From NCBI RefSeq assembly GCF_021028975.2, contig NC_059431.1:30566001-30630000 (forward strand): a stretch of DNA of 64,000 nucleotides, written 5' to 3'. The first letter of the stretch is position 1. Each line of letters starts with the position of its first letter. This document shows positions 58,949 through 64,000 of the stretch, piece after piece. The notes beneath the pieces are model-generated. The model was not told where the DNA came from, searched no databases, and saw only the letters and a program-made list of their open reading frames with translations. The stretch comes from Sphaerodactylus townsendi. Its lineage: Eukaryota. The translations under genes were made by a program, and so were the position numbers.

Positions 58949-61070
58949 ATCTACTTAAAGTCAAATAATTCATCTGGAATTCCATTTTTTAAAATAAAAA
59001 ACAAACAAACCTATAGTATGCCTAATTTGGTTCTTAGATCAAGAAAAAAAACTAGGCTTATAAATAACAAGGCAATCCAAAGAAAATAATAGTATGTATT
59101 ATTTTATTTTACACCACTCCACCATCATTTGGATTCAGACACACAGAAATAGTAACTTCAGGGGATAGACAGGGAATCCTTCATGATAAGTAAAATAAAT
59201 CTCCAATATTAGATCTGGTTTGTTATCCAGAAATAATAGTTGAAGCCCAGACACATATGAAGTGAAGCATTTAAATCTCACTAGACAGACAGGCAGGCCA
59301 ATTGCTGAAGGAAAGCAACAAACAGCTCACAGGCAGCAGCACAAACCCCTGCAGAAATGGACATTATTAGACACAAATAATCCTGGAAGTACTTTTTAAT
59401 GTTTACAGTTCAGTGCTTTTTTAAAAAAAATACAAATAAGCAGCTTATTAATCTTTCAGACACAGCCTTCCACACGGCTGGTAGAGCTGAGCAATGCAAT
59501 TGATGTGCTTGTCAGAACCACATCATGCAAATGTACAATCCAACAGCTATAGTGGTATTTACCGGAGGGAAATTAAAGTCCAAGCTACCAGCATTTGCAT
59601 AACACGTATTAAAAATAACCCAGCATTATTGCAGGCAGAGAAAGCTGAGGGATGAAGGTACACAGCTGCAGACCTTCTGTATTTTAATATGCCAACTCTG
59701 AACAAAAGCACAAAAGTTGTCCTTAAAAAATTATTCAAGTTAGTTACTTGATAGCTTTGAATGTTCCTGCAGAAAGACTTCCTGGGACTAACGGTAGAAA
59801 ATTCAACATCAACATTTACCAAGGAGAAATTGTAGAAGCAAATTCATGTCACCTCTAGCAAGTAATATTGCCTTCTGGCAGAACCAGTTCTGCTTACCCA
59901 AAAAGTCCAACAACCTTTCACATTTTTTAACTATGAGACCACATATGGTTTCAGCAAAAAAAACCTTTTGCCCTCATTAAGTTCTCCTTCCCATAATCTT
60001 GATTCTTGTACGTATTAAAAAAAAGACACTCCCTCCCAGAGATAACATGATACCTCACACCACAGGCAATTGGCACAAAATCTATACCGGTAGTAGTTTC
60101 GAGCCTGTCCCCCCGCCCCCTTCCCCTGGGTTGGGCTGGGCTGGGCTCAGGGACAGTTTCCTCAGATGATGAACAGGATGTGTCAGAGGCCATTTTGACA
60201 GAAGACCAGCAGAGTCACAAGATGCCCAACTTTACTGGATCTGCTACAGACTCAGTGCCTCTTCCAGACTGAATCCCTGGATCTCGAAGCCTCAGTCAAA
60301 AGACCTACTTCTAAAGGCTTAAACCCAGGCAATGCTGTCAACATGCTGGAATCTACAAAAGCCAGTCACCAGCCTGGTAGGGCCAGATTCTGAACTACCA
60401 GTCTCCCTAAGTTCTCCTTTCAACCTGGAAAGAGCAGCAGAACAGTGGGTCCATGTGGAGACAGTTCAGTGACAAAGAAACACCAGGCTGCCCACCCATG
60501 TTCCAGCTATTAAGCCTAAGGGCACATAATGCTTTCCAGGATTGCAGTTCAATCAAGTCCTGATTAGATGAAGCCCAGGAACACATGGGGGCTCTTCCCA
60601 GATAAGAAAAAGGCTGTGGATCATTTTTTATTGGCAATAGCTGGTATCAATCAGATACCACTTGGTACATTGGTGGTAGGCAGCCAACTGATCAGAGCTC
60701 CCCAACCGAACTGAATCTCCAGGCACTTTAGGAACATTGAGAAAAGTTACAGTAGTTCTGTGGCTAGAGAGACAGCTTCTTTAGACATTCTGAAAGGGAG
60801 TAGAAATAGAGAAAAACAGTTTTCATTTGGGGGCTCTTCTCTAGCTGAGGTGGAAGCTGTATGACCGAGTAGAACAAAATAACATTGGCGTCAAGCATGA
60901 GACTGGAAAGGTGTAACCACATAAACTGAAATTTGCCAAGTTTACTTTTCTTCTCTCATTTAAATCATGAGCAGAGTTATTGAAAACATTCATATTCCAT
61001 CTGATCTAGTAACTTACTTATTTGATCTAGTAATTTACATCTAGTAATTTACATCTGATCTAGTAATTTA

Positions 61071-61440
61071 CAGGTCACGGGGCCTGTAAGACCGAGTTGT
61101 TCCACCAGGCTTTTGGAGAGGCTGGCTGCTGATGTGCTGCCCCTCCCCTTGGTGGTCTCCACAACATCTGTTCGGTCTACCATTCCCCTCTTGGGAGGGT
61201 TTTAGCTGTCGGATGCCATATATTATATATTGTATATATTGCATACTAGAACACTGCACACTGTACGTTTTTAGCTGTACAGGTTTTAGCTATTTTAGCT
61301 ATTTTAATTTTAGCTATTTTAAATTTAATAGAACCTATATGTACCTTATTTATATTTCTATTTTGCTTATGTCCTAAATTGTGCTCTATCTGTTATTTAA
61401 AATGTGGTACACCGCCTAGAGCCCTCTGGGGAGAGGGCAG
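61071..61440 (+). mobile_element. L2 LINE 3' end running into a gap
   Basis: gggcctgtaagaccgagttgttccacc is shared with the copy at 33540. Terminal acaccgcctagagccct. Confidence 0.75.
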
Positions 61441-61643
61441 NNNNNNNNNNNNNNNNNNNNNNNNNNNNNNNNNNNNNNNNNNNNNNNNNNNNNNNNNNNN
61501 NNNNNNNNNNNNNNNNNNNNNNNNNNNNNNNNNNNNNNNNNNNNNNNNNNNNNNNNNNNNNNNNNNNNNNNNNNNNNNNNNNNNNNNNNNNNNNNNNNNN
61601 NNNNNNNNNNNNNNNNNNNNNNNNNNNNNNNNNNNNNNNNNNN
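61441..61643. other. Assembly gap
   Basis: Run of N. Confidence 1.
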
Positions 61644-63693
61644 GAGTTTTCCACTGAAAAACCAGTTGTGTTAATTTCCTAATAAAACTATCTTGAATTC
61701 AAATGTTGAAGAATTCAAATTTTATCCCACCCCCACCCCTGCAGTTCTGCACTGTATAACTGATAAATGTTCCCTTGTTCAGCTGCATATACACAGAGCT
61801 TGGTGGTGGTGAGCACAAGAACCTCTGGAACAAAGCCAAGGCATTTTAATTCTGCTGCTTTACAAGAGGCAGAAGAAAGCAAGACAGAACATTAATTCCC
61901 TCACTAACCTTCTTGGTTTCAAGTATTAATGCTGCTGTTTTAAAGCTGCACTGAGGAAAATCCTGGAGATTTTAAGCTTGGATAAGCTTGATGAAATGGT
62001 CCCATCACAAATTCAGTTAGTTTAGATTACTGACTTGGTGAATTAAGATGAATCCAGAAATATTCTTAACGTACTGCAAATGTTGGTATCTGTGTATATT
62101 TCCCAAGTAATTTGCATGCGTAAATTCTGTCCATGCACCCACACACACACCCATAAACACACATATAATGGATTAGATTATATTTCCATGGATTAGATAA
62201 CATTTCCATCATTTGGAAAGGAACTCTAACCTAAATTGGGTTGATTATTAGATTGGATGTGTGATCTTGTTGTTCACTGTGCTGAGCCCGGTTTGCTGAG
62301 GTAGGGCAAGATATAAATCTAAAATAAAGTTAAAGTTAAGTGTTTGTGACAATGCAGGCCACATGTATAAGGTGCTACTGAATTGTTTTCAAGCATTTAC
62401 CGATTTGTAAGATAATGCAAACCTATGCCCAGTTTACCATGAGAATTAACCGAATTTATAAACCGCAACACTTTTTCAGATGTTACATCATGGCAATAAA
62501 ACAACCTTACATAGAAGGGCAATGCTAATAAGCCATTCAAGATAACTGAAACATTTAAGTGACAGAACAGCCATTCTTTAGAAAGGACTGATCTTTTGTG
62601 AAGCATGATCAAAGCTGGCTTGATAATCAGTTAAGTATAGTAACTTGTTACTTCAAGAACACTGATTTTGCCTCCCTGAAAACATACTAGTTGGTCACAG
62701 GTAATAAGGTCAAAATTTCCTATGAAATACTATATATATAATAATAAAGGAAAGCTAGTTTAGCAGTAATTGTATCTGTAGCCCTCCTTCCATGTTAGTT
62801 TACATCTTCCTTTTACCTGTACCATAAAATATGAACAGGAAAGACTTTGCTTTTGACCTATGTCAACACCTATAAAAGAATTTTTATCAGTTGTCTATTG
62901 TTATTTGGCTGCTAACTGTGAGGGTACTTCAACATAAAGTCACAGTAATTCCTTAGCAGCAGGCAGTGCCTAGCAAGAAACATTTTCTGAAATTAGTAGG
63001 TGAAGGTCGAAGCAAACGAGATGCTGGAGGAGCTATGACTGTATCTTCCCAGCAGATCTTGAAGATCTACAACAGCCATGCATAGCTCTGATTCATATCA
63101 GACCAGTGCTAGAAGGAAGGACAACTCACAAAATTTTTCCAAATACTGGCATGCCCATGCAGTCCTTGAGATTTAAGGAAATTCAGGTATTTGGAAGGGA
63201 GGGCACTGATTTCCACTGATACCCTCCTCCCACTGAAGACCCCTATTTTGCCATTTATGCTGACCGTGGAAGTCCAGTTAGTTAAAGAATAAGGTTTCAG
63301 AGGTCTCAGTGGACTGCAGAGGGAAGCAGGAAAAATCTGCAGGTCACTGGATAAACACTGCAGTTACAGCTGTTCCACATAATATTTTCATGCCCACTTT
63401 TCTCCTAAGTATCTCAGGAACACTTTAAAAAAGATGCTTAATAACATCAGAATCCAATCTAAAACCTTATGCTCCCACCAGCAGCACATTCCCTTTAGCA
63501 CAGATACAGATGGCTCAAGAGTTCTAAAAATAATGGTTTTGCTGCCTCAGCAGAAATTCAGGAGGGCTAGAGGCCCTCTCATCTCATCCAGGGCTGTCCA
63601 GAGGTATGGGGCAGCCAGTACAAGGCTGAAGCATAGACTGTTACTAAATCTGCCTTAGACAAGAAAGGTATGGATAATGGAAGTTGCTGGGAG

Positions 63694-63828
63694 CACGAGT
63701 GTCAATCTTGCAGCCCTCCAGATGTTATGGACTACAGTTCCCATCATCCGCTGCCAGAATGATGCTGGCAGGGGATGATGGGAACTGTAGTCCATAACAT
63801 CTGGAGGGCCGTGAGATTGACACCTATG
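63694..63828. mobile_element. Palindromic hAT MITE (intact copy of the 3346-7243 family)
   Basis: Near-perfect palindrome centred on ccagaatgatgctgg, flanked by the direct repeat ctgggag. Confidence 0.88.
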
Positions 63829-64000
63829 CTGGGAGGAACAAAGTTGCCACACAGGAGCACTGTGGGAAAGACGAACCTTCAAGTGTATGGGAGTCAGGTC
63901 ACTAAGGAATACCCATCTTTCTGTTTTCTATTAAAGGGAGCACAGGGGTTTAGCTTTTTGGTTAGTGAAATTAGAAGGAGGGGAAAGGAATGGACACCAC

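Noticed and set aside
59951-60193. ORF MASDTSCSSSEETV as an upstream PDE4 exon
   Set aside because: Only a short SEET coincidence with no further similarity. It resembles repeat-derived sequence.
62397-62612. ORF MLHKRSVLSK as the first PDE4D7 coding exon
   Set aside because: Weak resemblance, and no phase-0 donor at the expected position.

Overview
Vertebrate genomic DNA, almost certainly a squamate reptile and probably a gecko, judged from Squam3-like and 5S-derived SINEs, a CR1 with (TTCTTATG)n tails, and Penelope ends. The only host coding exon I can support is a minus-strand exon at 1530-1765 matching the PDE4D7-specific N-terminal exon of cAMP phosphodiesterase 4. The remaining ~62 kb appears to be its upstream intron, densely packed with nested transposable elements. 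The main feature is an apparently intact, CpG-rich, ~6.1 kb tyrosine-recombinase retrotransposon of the Ngaro group (9152-15283). It has four open ORFs: Gag, RT/RNase H, tyrosine recombinase (YR) and an SGNH hydrolase. I find no B-A split direct repeat; instead each end folds back on itself, and the joined termini form an att-like palindrome. The YR and SGNH ORFs have no usable ATG but are preceded by same-phase splice acceptors, which suggests expression as spliced Gag fusions. Other items: a long CR1 inserted in the centre of a palindromic hAT MITE, a 33-nt U2 snRNA retrocopy with a 16-bp TSD inside a hAT MITE, Penelope ends with hammerhead-ribozyme remnants, and several local templated (mostly inverted) insertions at 42-48 kb. 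There are two assembly gaps. Family assignments come from motif recognition only; no database searches were run.
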